This document shows positions 50,901-60,034 of a stretch of DNA of 64,000 nucleotides, one piece after another. Both the position numbers and the translations under genes were made by a program. Source of the stretch: Candidatus Krumholzibacteriota bacterium (GTDB lineage: Bacteria; Krumholzibacteriota; Krumholzibacteriia; Krumholzibacteriales; Krumholzibacteriaceae); contig JAFGBF010000015.1 in NCBI GenBank assembly GCA_016933255.1, positions 79,725 through 143,724 of the forward strand, read 5' to 3'. Below the pieces are notes generated by a model. It was not told the DNA's origin. It saw only the letters and a program-made list of their open reading frames with translations, and ran no database searches. Each line of letters opens with the position of its first letter. The stretch's first letter is position 1.

Positions 50901-51291
50901 CTTCCTTGCTGCTCCTGAAGAGTATCTTTTTTCCATCCGGGTGCCAGTCCAGTGTTATATCAGCCTTCGGGTGAAATGTTAATCTTTTGGGGATCCCGCC
51001 GATAGTGGGGATCGTATATACGTCGAAATTTCCGTCGTATCCCGCGGAGAATGCGATCGTTTTTCCATCAGGGGAGAATTTCGGGAATGCCTCTCCTCCT
51101 ATGTGAGTCGTCAGGAGTGATGCCACTCCTCCGGATGAAGATACCATCCAAAGGTCTCCACCATACGAGAAGACGATATTTTCCCCGTAAATATCGGGGT
51201 AGCGCATGAGGCGGCTTTCCTCTGCGGCGTTAAGCGTGACTGCAATAAAAAGAAAAGCAGCAAGCAACGCCAGAATTCCTTTCTTGCCCAT
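47995..51291 (-). CDS. Tricorn-like S41 protease (beta-propellers, PDZ, S41 domain)
   Basis: Signal peptide, MRYPDI, WKRYRGG, ELNVGH, GYLHVP, DVRYNSGG, AGSGGD, TWGG.VG. Confidence 0.94.
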   Translation of the reverse strand: MGKKGILALLAAFLFIAVTLNAAEESRLMRYPDIYGENIVFSYGGDLWMVSSSGGVASLLTTHIGGEAFPKFSPDGKTIAFSAGYDGNFDVYTIPTIGGIPKRLTFHPKADITLDWHPDGKKILFRSSKEAKTNPGPRYNRLYTIDVEGGYPEELPLFEGELTSYSPDGKKIAYNRISREFRTWKRYRGGMEQNVWIYDFDKNAAEKITEYDGTDAFPMWYKDKIYFISDRDYTMNIFCYDLATKKVRKITDHKEYDVKWPSLGDGRIVYENAGYLYVLDLNTEKTKKLDIIARSEHNLKRHSYTSAGDMIRSFNVSAGGKRAVFGARGDIFSVPAEKGEVRNLTETPGIRERSPAFSPDGNWVAYLSDRTGEYELYLRKPDGSGEEEKITTGMGGFPFDIEWSPDSKNVSFFDQTGHLYYVGIDSKKIVKVDRDEWWDLGDYNWSSDSKWIVYAKNADNGFRSIFLYDVGEDKNHRVTSDLYNDYSPVFGPDGKYLFFLSDRTINIKFHTFELDFDYVTPTNICVLTLAKDTASLLAPESDEVEIKEEDKEGDKADKEKEEKDKDEKKDEAEKKDEKIKIDLDGLGDRIVSLPIGSGNYGGLNAVSGKIIYGELPLRAGVISFDDVGPVTGTLKYFDIKERESKTIISGIQSYALSSNGSKIIYSALGVYGIIDVAAGKNVGDGSISTNLTMKVDPQAEWNQIFYEAWRLERDFFYVENMHGVDWNKIKKRYEVFLPYLTSRNDLTYIIGEMQAELNVGHAYVFGGARSGPPPPFVGGGYLGCDFEVDKGSERYRISKIYDGRNWDKNFVSPLSLPGVDVKEGEYLLSINGHDLVNPGNPHALLENLAGHQVKLKVSADPSGKDAREVTVEPATNDTNVRYADWVENNRQKVLKASGGKIGYLHVPNTTVQGLMEFGKYFYPQTDMEGIIVDVRYNSGGWIPNYFIDKLGTKLTNLFKRRDYKPGKTPGIAVNGHLACVINGYAGSGGDAFPYYFKQAGLGPLIGMTTWGGLVGYNRNIPLMDGGFFSTPSIGFINLGGEYDVERVGVKPDIKVDNRPDLVVDGRDPQLEKAIEYLMEKIKNDPPRLPKVGKDPDKS

Positions 51292-51552
51292 TTATTTTTC
51301 CCTTCAGGGTTAGGGTGAACAGAACAAGGATCCAGGACTCGGGACCCTGGGTATTTGTAATTATTAATACTGCCTGGAGAGAAAATAGTTTCATTAATTT
51401 TCAGATGAAACTGTAACTCCCTTGAAAATCAACATGTTGCCTGTGTCGCGTCAAAGGTTAAGAGGGCCTTTGCTGTTTCTCCTGGTGATATCAGGTTGTA
51501 CTATTCAGTTTCTTCAGATAGAGTAGACCTGTTAAACGGCTAATGATATGAG

Positions 51553-54030
51553 GTGAAAGAGATGAGAATGAAGAAAAAGAATCTGCTTATCGGAGTCCTT
51601 ATTGCCGCTGTGATCGTTCTTGCGGCAAGTATATTTCTTAGGGTCATCCTTACAAAGGAAAGGCTCGCCGCAATGATCGTCCCAAGGCTCGAGAAAGCGG
51701 TCGATGCCAGTATCGAAATCGGTGATATCGGGATCCGATTTCCCTTCGGTTTCGGTGTCGATATCGGAAAGATGACATTTGTCAAGGAATTGCCGGGGAC
51801 AGGTACGATCCGGTTCGATTCTGAAAAGATTACGGTAGACGCATCGCTCATCAGCCTTATCCGGCGCAACCCCGAGATCAAGAGGGTATCTGTAAAGAAC
51901 GGTTCATTATTATCTTCTCTGTCCGAAAAAGAGATAGACCTGGCTCTTATCGGATTCGAAGCAGGTCTATCGGTGCTGCCGGATGGAAATTCTTACAATA
52001 TCGATGCCGATATATCCATATCCGGGATAGAAGCGGAGAAGAAAAATGAGGAAGGAAAATTCAGGGTCGAGAATGTATCGATCAGCTGCAAGGCTGTATC
52101 GAACAGGTCTTTCGATTCCATTAAAATCGACGACGCGGCGGTTGATATAAACGGTCTTATAAAGGCGGTTGTGAGCGGTCAGGTGAACAGCCTTAACGGA
52201 AAAAGAGAATTATCCCTGAGGATAGACAGCGATCCGATCGAAGCCGTGCCTCTTATGGGCTGGGTCCTCGGACTCGATCTCAGGCCGTTTGTGCCTTCGA
52301 TGAAGGAAGGGGTTATCGCGGCAGATCTTCCCGCGGATCTTGCCGGAGGGAGGGTCTCGTTCAGTGCCGATCTCGCGGGAGATCCGGCTGTCCCCGGGGA
52401 GCTTGCCGTAAACGGGGCGGTTATGGCGGAAGGGTTGATCCTGGAGCCTCGCGATATAGCCCTGCCTGTCGTCATCGACGGGACCATAAAGATTTCGGAT
52501 AAGGTGATCAGCAGTGAAAAGATCACCGCCTCTGCCGGGAAATCATCTGCAACAGCGGGTTTCAGCTTGAAGCCATCCGGGGACGGTCCTGAAAAACGGG
52601 CTGATTTCTCATGCATTATCGATCTTGATGGGGGTGATCTGTCAAAAGGACTTCCAGATGGCGCATCGCCTGTGGCTGGAAAGATCATGGCGGATATCCG
52701 CGGTGGAGGGACGCCAGCGGTTTTTTCTTCCCTCTTTCCAGGCGGAGATGGCGGGATTCCTCGCGAAGCGATCGAAAGTGCGTGGAAAGATATCGAACTT
52801 AAAGGTACGTTGAAGATCGAGAATGCAGGAATGAAATCCCCCGACGGTCTGGTCGTTATATCCGGATTTAAGGGATCGGCGAATATAATGAAGGGAAGTA
52901 TCGATCAGGTAAAAGCGGAATTTCTCTTAAATGGCAGCCGATACAGCGCGAAGGCTTCTCTAAACGGGATCATGCCGGCGATAGCGGAACTTAAGGTGAT
53001 AGAGGAGAAAAAAGAGGTTACCGGATTTGCGGAGATTCTGGATTCGGTTAAAAATATTCCGAAGATATCACTTGAAGTATCGGGCCGGGCGCTTGACCTT
53101 CGTCCTTTTTCCAGGGAAGCCGAAAAGAGGAAAAAAATCTCCAAAAGCGCTGCCGTAAAGAAAGAAAATGAGACTGCCGAAAAGAATCTTTTCGGAGGGG
53201 CTCTTCTGTTTCTTTTCGATTGCAGCGCAGGGATGAAGGTGGATACTCTTTATACCGAAAAAGCGCTTTTAAGCGCTGTTTCCGGAGCGGGCAGGATCAG
53301 AAGGGGAAAAATACTGATCGATCCTTTGTCATTTGATTATGCCGGCGGAAAGGGTAATGGAACCGCGTCGATCGACCTCAGGGATCCGGAGTCTGTCAAA
53401 TCGAAATTCAATCTGGCATTCTCCGGTGTCGAAGCTGGAAGAGCCCTATCTCCCCTTCACAATATGGGGAATCTCGTCTCAGGCAAATTTTCTTTCAGTA
53501 CGAAAGGGGAGCTAAGCTCCGGGCCTGACATAGATCTCTTGAAGACGATCTCCGTTCTCGGCAACGCGTCATCCGAGGGCGGCAAGATCGATCTTTCGAA
53601 ATTCATCTCGCCTGTCTCGAATATCGCTGGATTTGACCTGTCGGCAATTGAAAAGGTCGATTTTCACAAATGGGCGGGCAATTTTTTTATAGAAAAGGGG
53701 AGGCTCGGTACCGATGACTGGAAGATAGATTCTTCCAGCGGAAACTGGGATGTAAACGGAAGTTTCGGTTTTGACGGGACCCTCGATTACAAGGCCAGAC
53801 TATTCATGACTCCGCAGATGCAGAAAAAGATCAAAGATTTGAATAAATACAGGGATCTCATTGATCTTTTTCGCGATGAAAAGGGAAATCTTATCCTTGA
53901 TCTTGATGTCAGCGGGAATTCAAAAACTCCGAAGGTCGGGATCGATCAGAGCAGAGCCCAGAAAAAGGCTGGAGAAAAACTGCTTGAGGGAATCAAAAAA
54001 GGGATAGGCGACCTGTTTAAAAAGGAATGA
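51553..54030 (+). CDS. AsmA family protein
   Basis: N-terminal TM anchor, beta-rich body, AsmA-like C-terminus (G.FGFDGTLDY, V.G....PKV). Confidence 0.65.
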   Translation: MKEMRMKKKNLLIGVLIAAVIVLAASIFLRVILTKERLAAMIVPRLEKAVDASIEIGDIGIRFPFGFGVDIGKMTFVKELPGTGTIRFDSEKITVDASLISLIRRNPEIKRVSVKNGSLLSSLSEKEIDLALIGFEAGLSVLPDGNSYNIDADISISGIEAEKKNEEGKFRVENVSISCKAVSNRSFDSIKIDDAAVDINGLIKAVVSGQVNSLNGKRELSLRIDSDPIEAVPLMGWVLGLDLRPFVPSMKEGVIAADLPADLAGGRVSFSADLAGDPAVPGELAVNGAVMAEGLILEPRDIALPVVIDGTIKISDKVISSEKITASAGKSSATAGFSLKPSGDGPEKRADFSCIIDLDGGDLSKGLPDGASPVAGKIMADIRGGGTPAVFSSLFPGGDGGIPREAIESAWKDIELKGTLKIENAGMKSPDGLVVISGFKGSANIMKGSIDQVKAEFLLNGSRYSAKASLNGIMPAIAELKVIEEKKEVTGFAEILDSVKNIPKISLEVSGRALDLRPFSREAEKRKKISKSAAVKKENETAEKNLFGGALLFLFDCSAGMKVDTLYTEKALLSAVSGAGRIRRGKILIDPLSFDYAGGKGNGTASIDLRDPESVKSKFNLAFSGVEAGRALSPLHNMGNLVSGKFSFSTKGELSSGPDIDLLKTISVLGNASSEGGKIDLSKFISPVSNIAGFDLSAIEKVDFHKWAGNFFIEKGRLGTDDWKIDSSSGNWDVNGSFGFDGTLDYKARLFMTPQMQKKIKDLNKYRDLIDLFRDEKGNLILDLDVSGNSKTPKVGIDQSRAQKKAGEKLLEGIKKGIGDLFKKE

Positions 54031-54103
54031 CCGTATCGAAGTATGATCTTTGGCTGATATCCGTATCATTGATATGGAGACGATATACCGCCCTGACCGG
54101 AAT

Positions 54104-54146
54104 AAAAAACCCCCGGGAAGATCTGTTGTCAGGCTTTTCCCGGGGG
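54104..54146 (-). terminator. Intrinsic terminator after Ig-domain lipoprotein
   Basis: CCCCCGGGAA...TTCCCGGGGG stem followed by T6 on the minus strand. Confidence 0.75.
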
Positions 54147-54172
54147 ATCGGATTTCAGATTTTCTGATCTTG

Positions 54173-55027
54173 TCAGTCGGCGATAGTAAAGTTGACGGCT
54201 GCAGAGCGGCCCTCGACCTCGACGAGACTTTTTAAAGCATCGCAGGAAGCGATAATGGGACGATCAGAAGAAACTGCATCAGGGTTCGCAAGAATCTTGA
54301 ATGAAATATTGTCAAGATCCTCGAAAAGTACCAGACCAAAGCTGGCTACGAGGATAGGACCCTGAAACGCTTCGTACATCTCTCTTTCAAAGGCGACCGC
54401 CATTCCGGCGAAAGGATCACCCATCGATACGGAGACGTAGCTTGGGAATGAAACATATGTGTGAGAATACTGTGTTCCAAGACCAAGTGGGTTGTCATCG
54501 CTGTCATACATGTTGATCATGAACTCAGTTGCTGAGGCGCAACCGACTTCGCATTCTTCAAGCATGATAAAGATATGACAATCAAGTGCGGAAAACGCGC
54601 CGGTTTCTGCACCGCATACTGACGCTTCTTCGTCAAAGAAGATGGCCAGTGAAGGGTTCGACGGAACATCGACGTTCAGTGTCAATTCCGCTGTTGCCGA
54701 GTGCGGTGTGTCGGCAGCATCAAAACATTCTACGCTGAATGTATGCTCCTCGACCGATTCCAGCATCCCGACTATCTTACCATCGGTTGAAAGACTTATG
54801 CCGGACGGCAAAGTCGAGCCAACAGCAAGGGACCAGGTGTAGGGCGCTGTTCCGCCAGTTGCTTCGAGGGTGAAATTGTAAGGTGTACAAGTGTAACCCT
54901 GCGAAAGCTCTGTCGTTGATACTTCCAACTCCTCAGGGGTCGGAGTAACGGTTGTGCTATCATCCGAGCAGGAAATAATTATACCGCTCAATGATAAAAC
55001 TAACAGGACTGCGAAGACCTTCCTCAT
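54173..55027 (-). CDS. Lipoprotein with putative Ig (He_PIG-like) domain and Cys-containing C-domain
   Basis: AGGAGG RBS, ATG 55027, lipobox IISC; Y..TL.ATGGTAPYTWSL..G.LP.GISL...G.I.G. Confidence 0.8.
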   Translation of the reverse strand: MRKVFAVLLVLSLSGIIISCSDDSTTVTPTPEELEVSTTELSQGYTCTPYNFTLEATGGTAPYTWSLAVGSTLPSGISLSTDGKIVGMLESVEEHTFSVECFDAADTPHSATAELTLNVDVPSNPSLAIFFDEEASVCGAETGAFSALDCHIFIMLEECEVGCASATEFMINMYDSDDNPLGLGTQYSHTYVSFPSYVSVSMGDPFAGMAVAFEREMYEAFQGPILVASFGLVLFEDLDNISFKILANPDAVSSDRPIIASCDALKSLVEVEGRSAAVNFTIAD

Positions 55028-55083
55028 GATGAGACCTCCTTCTCTTCGAGTGAGTCCATTATTGTCCCCTCGGGCTCTTTTCA

Positions 55084-55098
55084 GCAACCTGTGTGCCA
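55084..55098 (-). promoter_or_regulatory. Putative sigma-54 promoter of Ig-domain lipoprotein
   Basis: Minus strand TGGCACACAGGTTGC (GG-N10-GC) about 56 bp upstream of the ATG. Confidence 0.75.
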
Positions 55099-55452
55099 AT
55101 TCCTGCAATAGTGATTTGTGTCAGTGTAAACGTCCTTCTTATAAGGAGATATACGTATAAGCCCCTGTCCGCCCCGCAGCCTTTATATCCTTTTTGAATT
55201 CTCATTATGCCATGAATGGCCTTATAGTGTGTTCTGGTACTGAGATGTCTTTAATTCAACTTCAGGCTGTACAGTAAGGACCAGATAGGGAAGCGGAAAA
55301 AGAAGATGAATAGATCTTTGCCTGCAGGTGTATCGATATGTGGAGCAATCAATGATTGTGGCTGTCTTCAATAACAGATATACTGTGCAGCGGACAGAGG
55401 ACAAAAGGTTTGGGGCTGAGTTTCCATTTCGGCCCCGGAATGGAGGATAGAA

Positions 55453-56004
55453 ATGGTCGTGTGGATAATTCTGATAGCAGCGGTCGTCTTTCTGTTTATC
55501 GCTATCGGGCTCTATAATACGCTGGTCCGGTTGAGGAAAAGATGCGATAACGGATGGGCACAGATCGACGTTCAGCTTAAGAGGCGCTATGATCTTATTC
55601 CCAATCTGATTGAGACGGTAAAGGGGTATATGGCGCACGAAAAAAGCGTGCTGGAAAATGTGACGAAGGCAAGGCAGCAGGCGATCGACGTCTCCGGAGT
55701 AAAGGATCAGGCGAAGGCCGAGAATATGCTTACCAGCACTTTGAGGACGCTTTTTGCCGTATCGGAGAACTATCCCGATCTCAAAGCGAACACAAATATG
55801 CTTGCTATGCAGGAAGAGCTCGTTTCTACAGAAAACAAGATCTCTTTCGCAAGGCAGCATTATAACGATTGCGTGATGGTCTATAATACGAGGACCGAGA
55901 CGGTTCCTTCAAATATCGTCGCATCGGTCTTCGGATTCAAACAGGCCGATTTCTTCGAACTCGAGGATGAGGCCCAGCGGGAAGCTCCGAAGGTGAGTTT
56001 TTGA
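55453..56004 (+). CDS. lemA: LemA family protein
   Basis: N-terminal TM, W.QIDVQLKRR.DLIPNL, E.YPDLKAN, TENKI.FAR..YN. Confidence 0.95.
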   Translation: MVVWIILIAAVVFLFIAIGLYNTLVRLRKRCDNGWAQIDVQLKRRYDLIPNLIETVKGYMAHEKSVLENVTKARQQAIDVSGVKDQAKAENMLTSTLRTLFAVSENYPDLKANTNMLAMQEELVSTENKISFARQHYNDCVMVYNTRTETVPSNIVASVFGFKQADFFELEDEAQREAPKVSF

Positions 56005-56070
56005 TCGGAGCGTCAGATATCCGAAAAGGTCTGGACCGTTGAAACGCAGAATCAGGGAGTCACGATCGGT

Positions 56071-56958
56071 ATGATGTATGATAATATATCGGCAAACAAA
56101 AGAAATTCCTGGCTGCTGGTCATCTCTGTGACTGTCTTTCTGCTTATTCTAGGATATTTCCTCGGCGATTTTTACGGCAGCGGTTACTTCGGTATGGGGC
56201 TTGCCGTGACGTTCGCCGTGATCTCGGCGCTGCTGAGTTATTATGGCGGCGACAAGATGATCCTGGGAATGAGCAAGGCGCTGAGAATCGAGAAAAAGGA
56301 CTATCCCCAGCTTTTTAATGTGGTGGAGGAGCTTTCTATCGCGGCAGGAGTTCCGGTTCCCGCAATATATGTGATAGACGATACCGCTCCCAACGCTTTT
56401 GCGACCGGAAGGGATCCGGGGCACTCCGCAGTCGCGATAACCACGGGGCTATTGGAAAAGCTCGATCGCGACGAGCTTCAGGGGGTCATGGCTCACGAGC
56501 TTTCGCATATAGGGAACAGGGATATACTCTTTTCGATGATGGTCGGGATCATGGTCGGTTCGATAGTGTTGATAAGTGATTTTTTTCTCAGATCGGTATT
56601 CTGGGGGGGAGGAAGGAAAAAAAGCAGGGACAAAGGGGGGAGCGGTCCCATGATAATAATAGCGCTTCTTCTCGCGATCCTGGCACCGATCTTCGCAAAG
56701 ATCCTTCAGCTTGCCGTGTCCAGACAGCGCGAATACCTTGCTGATGCTTCCGCCGTTCAGCTGACCCGCTATCCAGCCGGGCTGGCCTCAGCTCTGAAAA
56801 AGATCTCTTCCGACGAAGAGGTCCTTGAAGTGGCCAACAGGGCGACTCAGCACATGTATATAGTCAATCCGATAAAGCCGTTTGAAAAAAGGGCAAAATC
56901 GCTTTTCAGCACTCATCCTCCGATAGAAGAGCGCATCACAAGGCTTGAAAACATGTAA
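56071..56958 (+). CDS. htpX: HtpX-like M48 zinc metalloprotease
   Basis: PNAFATG, HELSH, SRQREYLAD, FSTHPP; follows lemA. Confidence 0.93.
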   Translation: MMYDNISANKRNSWLLVISVTVFLLILGYFLGDFYGSGYFGMGLAVTFAVISALLSYYGGDKMILGMSKALRIEKKDYPQLFNVVEELSIAAGVPVPAIYVIDDTAPNAFATGRDPGHSAVAITTGLLEKLDRDELQGVMAHELSHIGNRDILFSMMVGIMVGSIVLISDFFLRSVFWGGGRKKSRDKGGSGPMIIIALLLAILAPIFAKILQLAVSRQREYLADASAVQLTRYPAGLASALKKISSDEEVLEVANRATQHMYIVNPIKPFEKRAKSLFSTHPPIEERITRLENM

Positions 56959-57038
56959 GAAGAATGCCTCTTCCCCGGGCCAGCGGCTGGTTGGCTGGAG
57001 ATACCGCCTCGGCTGACCTCTTGTGCCGCCGCAGGTCC

Positions 57039-58004
57039 TCAGTCGATAATAAGCTTCCCTTTTTCCATCAGGATCTTTCCATCGAGTTCGACTGTCGGTT
57101 CCTTTACGATCCCGTCAAGGTGGATCGGCACGTCGATAGTCCCGCCCATAGACATATTATTCCCAAGTGCTATATGGATCGTACCCATTACCTTTTCGTC
57201 CTCAAGGATATTTCCGATTATCCTGGCGGCGTCATTTGTGCCGATACCGAGTTCCGCGACATTGAAGGCGAGCTTTCCTGCCGCTTTCAGTTTGCGCCTT
57301 AGCTCATCCGCCTCGGGACCGCCCGTTATTTCCACAGCCAGACCTTTCTCGACCCTGATAGATATCGGAGTCTTGTCTCTCAGGTCTCCGATCCCTGCCA
57401 TCGATCCGTCGACGATGAAGATCCCGGATGATCCTCCTTCCGCCGGCCTCATATACGCCTCTCCGGAGGGAAGGTTTCCGAACGACCCAGGCCCGTGTAT
57501 CAGCCCGGTCGATGCGATGGCATCTATGCCGCCGAGAGGGAGGATGATGTCAGTCCCGGCCTCGGTAGTTACGCGGGCGGATTCCGCTTTCGTTAGCAGT
57601 TCGGTGACTTTTTCAGTCCTTTCGGCGATCGCGTAGTAGTCGGCGTTAAGGCAGCGGATCATGGTGTCACGGGTTATCCCCGGCATAGTAGCGACTCTGG
57701 CTCCGTTAGAACAGGCGTTTCTCCGCGCCGCCGTATGCGTAAGGGATTTTGAAGCCGGTATCAGTACCGCATCTGCTTCGATCATCGCTTTTGATACGAT
57801 ATCAGGAGGTTCTTCTCCGTTTCTGCCGAGAGGCGACATCTCCAGAAGAACGGTAACGGCTCCAGTTGAACGTCCCGCTTCGGCAAGGCCTTCTCCGATC
57901 TCGATCAGTTCCGTATCGGTCACGACGAGAAAAACCTCTCCGGCTTTGACTTTTAAACAGTCTTTTACGGCGATCATAGAGGCGTCGAATAATGCCTTGT
58001 CCAT
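57039..58004 (-). CDS. M29-like (thermophilic metallo-) aminopeptidase
   Basis: NLPSGE, ELGIGTN, EDEK..GT.HIALG, HLD. Confidence 0.85.
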   Translation of the reverse strand: MDKALFDASMIAVKDCLKVKAGEVFLVVTDTELIEIGEGLAEAGRSTGAVTVLLEMSPLGRNGEEPPDIVSKAMIEADAVLIPASKSLTHTAARRNACSNGARVATMPGITRDTMIRCLNADYYAIAERTEKVTELLTKAESARVTTEAGTDIILPLGGIDAIASTGLIHGPGSFGNLPSGEAYMRPAEGGSSGIFIVDGSMAGIGDLRDKTPISIRVEKGLAVEITGGPEADELRRKLKAAGKLAFNVAELGIGTNDAARIIGNILEDEKVMGTIHIALGNNMSMGGTIDVPIHLDGIVKEPTVELDGKILMEKGKLIID

Positions 58005-58097
58005 AAAGTTTCTTCCTTTCGATTACAGGTGTCCGGTCCACTCTTTGGCTGTAGGGAATTTATTCGGGGAAAAATGCAGCCGACTGGAGCTCATGAT

Positions 58098-59093
58098 TCA
58101 CCTTTCAAACAGATCAGGGGCAGGTGCGGTCACATCTACTGTATTTTCCCGATCGGGATGGAGGAATGATATTTTCCAGGCATGCAGCATCAATCGTTTT
58201 GCTCCGTTCCGCGATCCGTAAAGCTGGTCTCCCTCGACAGGGCAGCCGATCGACGACAGGTGGACCCTGATCTGATGGGTCCGCCCGGTCGTTATCCTTA
58301 TCTCTACAAGAGACCTGTTTCCAGGCATGACTTTTTTAACAAGATAAAAAGTCTCGGCTTTTCTTCCATCACTGTCGATCCGGCTTCTCGATCCCGTTCT
58401 TTTTTGCGTCTTTATCAACGCGGTGATCCTTCCCTCTTCAGGGTCGGGTATCCCTTCGACTACCGCCAGATAGACTTTTTTCAGACGCGAGTTTTTTATC
58501 TCATCACTAAGCCTTCTCGCCGCCTTTCGGGTCTTGGCGATGATAAGGGCTCCGCTTGTCCCCATATCCAGTCTGTGAACAGGAGTGGGATAGAAGATCC
58601 CGCCTTCATCGGGGACAATCCTGTCTGTTTTTTGATAGTATTCCCCGAGAAGGTCCAGAAGCGAACCTTTTTCCTTTTCGTTTCCAGGTTGAACGGGAAG
58701 CCCCGGAGGCTTGTTTATTACCATAAGATCGTCATCTTCATATAGGATCTGAATCCCGGCCCCGATCGAGCCGAATCTTTCTCTTAAAGATTCGGAAGAC
58801 TCCTCATCGAGATACAGAAAGCCCGAAGTAGGCCTTTTGGCCGGAACTCTTCTTTTTTCATCCGGTTTGTCCGGGATCTCGACTATATCTCCGGCGGAAA
58901 GCCTTGTTTTTCCATTTGCCGGGTGTCCGTTCAGGAGGATCTGTTTTTTTCTTATCATCTGCTGGGCTGCGGAAAAGGAGAGGCCGTCGTAAACCGCCCT
59001 GATGAACCTGTCAAGCCGGGCGTCTTCCCATTCATCTGTTATTGTCTGCTTTTTCATAACAGCTGTCACTGCCCGGCCGTTTTGCGCCCGCAT
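58098..59093 (-). CDS. RluA family pseudouridine synthase (S4 domain, RluC/D-like)
   Basis: RLDRF, INKPPGL.V, HRLD..TSG, TGRTHQIRVH, GD.LYG, LHA; start may be 59057. Confidence 0.92.
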   Translation of the reverse strand: MRAQNGRAVTAVMKKQTITDEWEDARLDRFIRAVYDGLSFSAAQQMIRKKQILLNGHPANGKTRLSAGDIVEIPDKPDEKRRVPAKRPTSGFLYLDEESSESLRERFGSIGAGIQILYEDDDLMVINKPPGLPVQPGNEKEKGSLLDLLGEYYQKTDRIVPDEGGIFYPTPVHRLDMGTSGALIIAKTRKAARRLSDEIKNSRLKKVYLAVVEGIPDPEEGRITALIKTQKRTGSRSRIDSDGRKAETFYLVKKVMPGNRSLVEIRITTGRTHQIRVHLSSIGCPVEGDQLYGSRNGAKRLMLHAWKISFLHPDRENTVDVTAPAPDLFER

Positions 59094-59867
59094 TCACTCC
59101 TCTTCATCACATTTTTCAAGGAGAAGTACTATAGCCTCTATCGTGTCTTCATTCTCATCGGCGATTATTATTTTCGTGATATTTTCAGCATTGTGTTCCT
59201 TTATTCCTCCGATTACCGCGGCGGCAGCGTCGGATGGAGGTATTTTCCCGGCTCCGCTGGAGAATCCGGGGCAGGCGACTGTCTGTGCCTCGAGTTTTTC
59301 GGCAAGTTCAAGTGCCGAAAGAAGAGCTGAACGAAGCCGGCCGGGATCGGATGAGATGCCGGCAGTGTTGATATGTATGATATTCGAGGCAGGGATCGTT
59401 CCCGGTCCCGTCGATACGGCAGATCCGGGATCGATCGGGGCGGATGACATCAATTCCTTCTCTATTTCGATCCCTCCCATTTCCTTTATCTTTGCGGCTG
59501 TCTCCGAGGTCATCGATCCGTCGCCTGCGCAAGGGGAAATGACAGCATCAGCAAATACTTCCGACGGCGCGGATTTCCTTACTGAAATCCCCACGTCTCC
59601 AATACCTGTCACGTAGCGGTCCTCATCCATCGCTATTCCTGCAAGGATCACGTCGGGACGTTTCTTGAAGTCGGATATCAGCGTGTTTCCTTTTTTTGCT
59701 ATAGACCCCGCTATCCTGAATACCTCTTCCGCGCCGATCTCTTCCTGGTCATAGGCGAGAAGCTTTTCGGAGAGGGTGTCTATAAGTCTTCTGCTTCTAT
59801 TTTCTCTTATCATATCGACGAACCTTTGTTTGCGTTCATCTCTTTCACTGTCTGCTTCCCAGAACAT
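59094..59867 (-). CDS. Macro domain protein (degenerate) with N-terminal helical extension
   Basis: ADAVI, GG..I..E, PG.AV.T..G......IIH, TVACPGFSSGAG. Confidence 0.7.
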   Translation of the reverse strand: MFWEADSERDERKQRFVDMIRENRSRRLIDTLSEKLLAYDQEEIGAEEVFRIAGSIAKKGNTLISDFKKRPDVILAGIAMDEDRYVTGIGDVGISVRKSAPSEVFADAVISPCAGDGSMTSETAAKIKEMGGIEIEKELMSSAPIDPGSAVSTGPGTIPASNIIHINTAGISSDPGRLRSALLSALELAEKLEAQTVACPGFSSGAGKIPPSDAAAAVIGGIKEHNAENITKIIIADENEDTIEAIVLLLEKCDEEE

Positions 59868-60034
59868 CGTCTATCCTCCGCGCAATTGTTCACCGAAATA
59901 CTGCCTGTCTGTCGTTATATCTCAAAAAATCGCATAATTCCATGCATAAATTGAATATTCCAATTAAGACTTTTCTGGTATATTATTGATTCCTGAATAA
60001 ACGAAAGGATCGCCGTTTTTTTGAAAGGAGAGTC

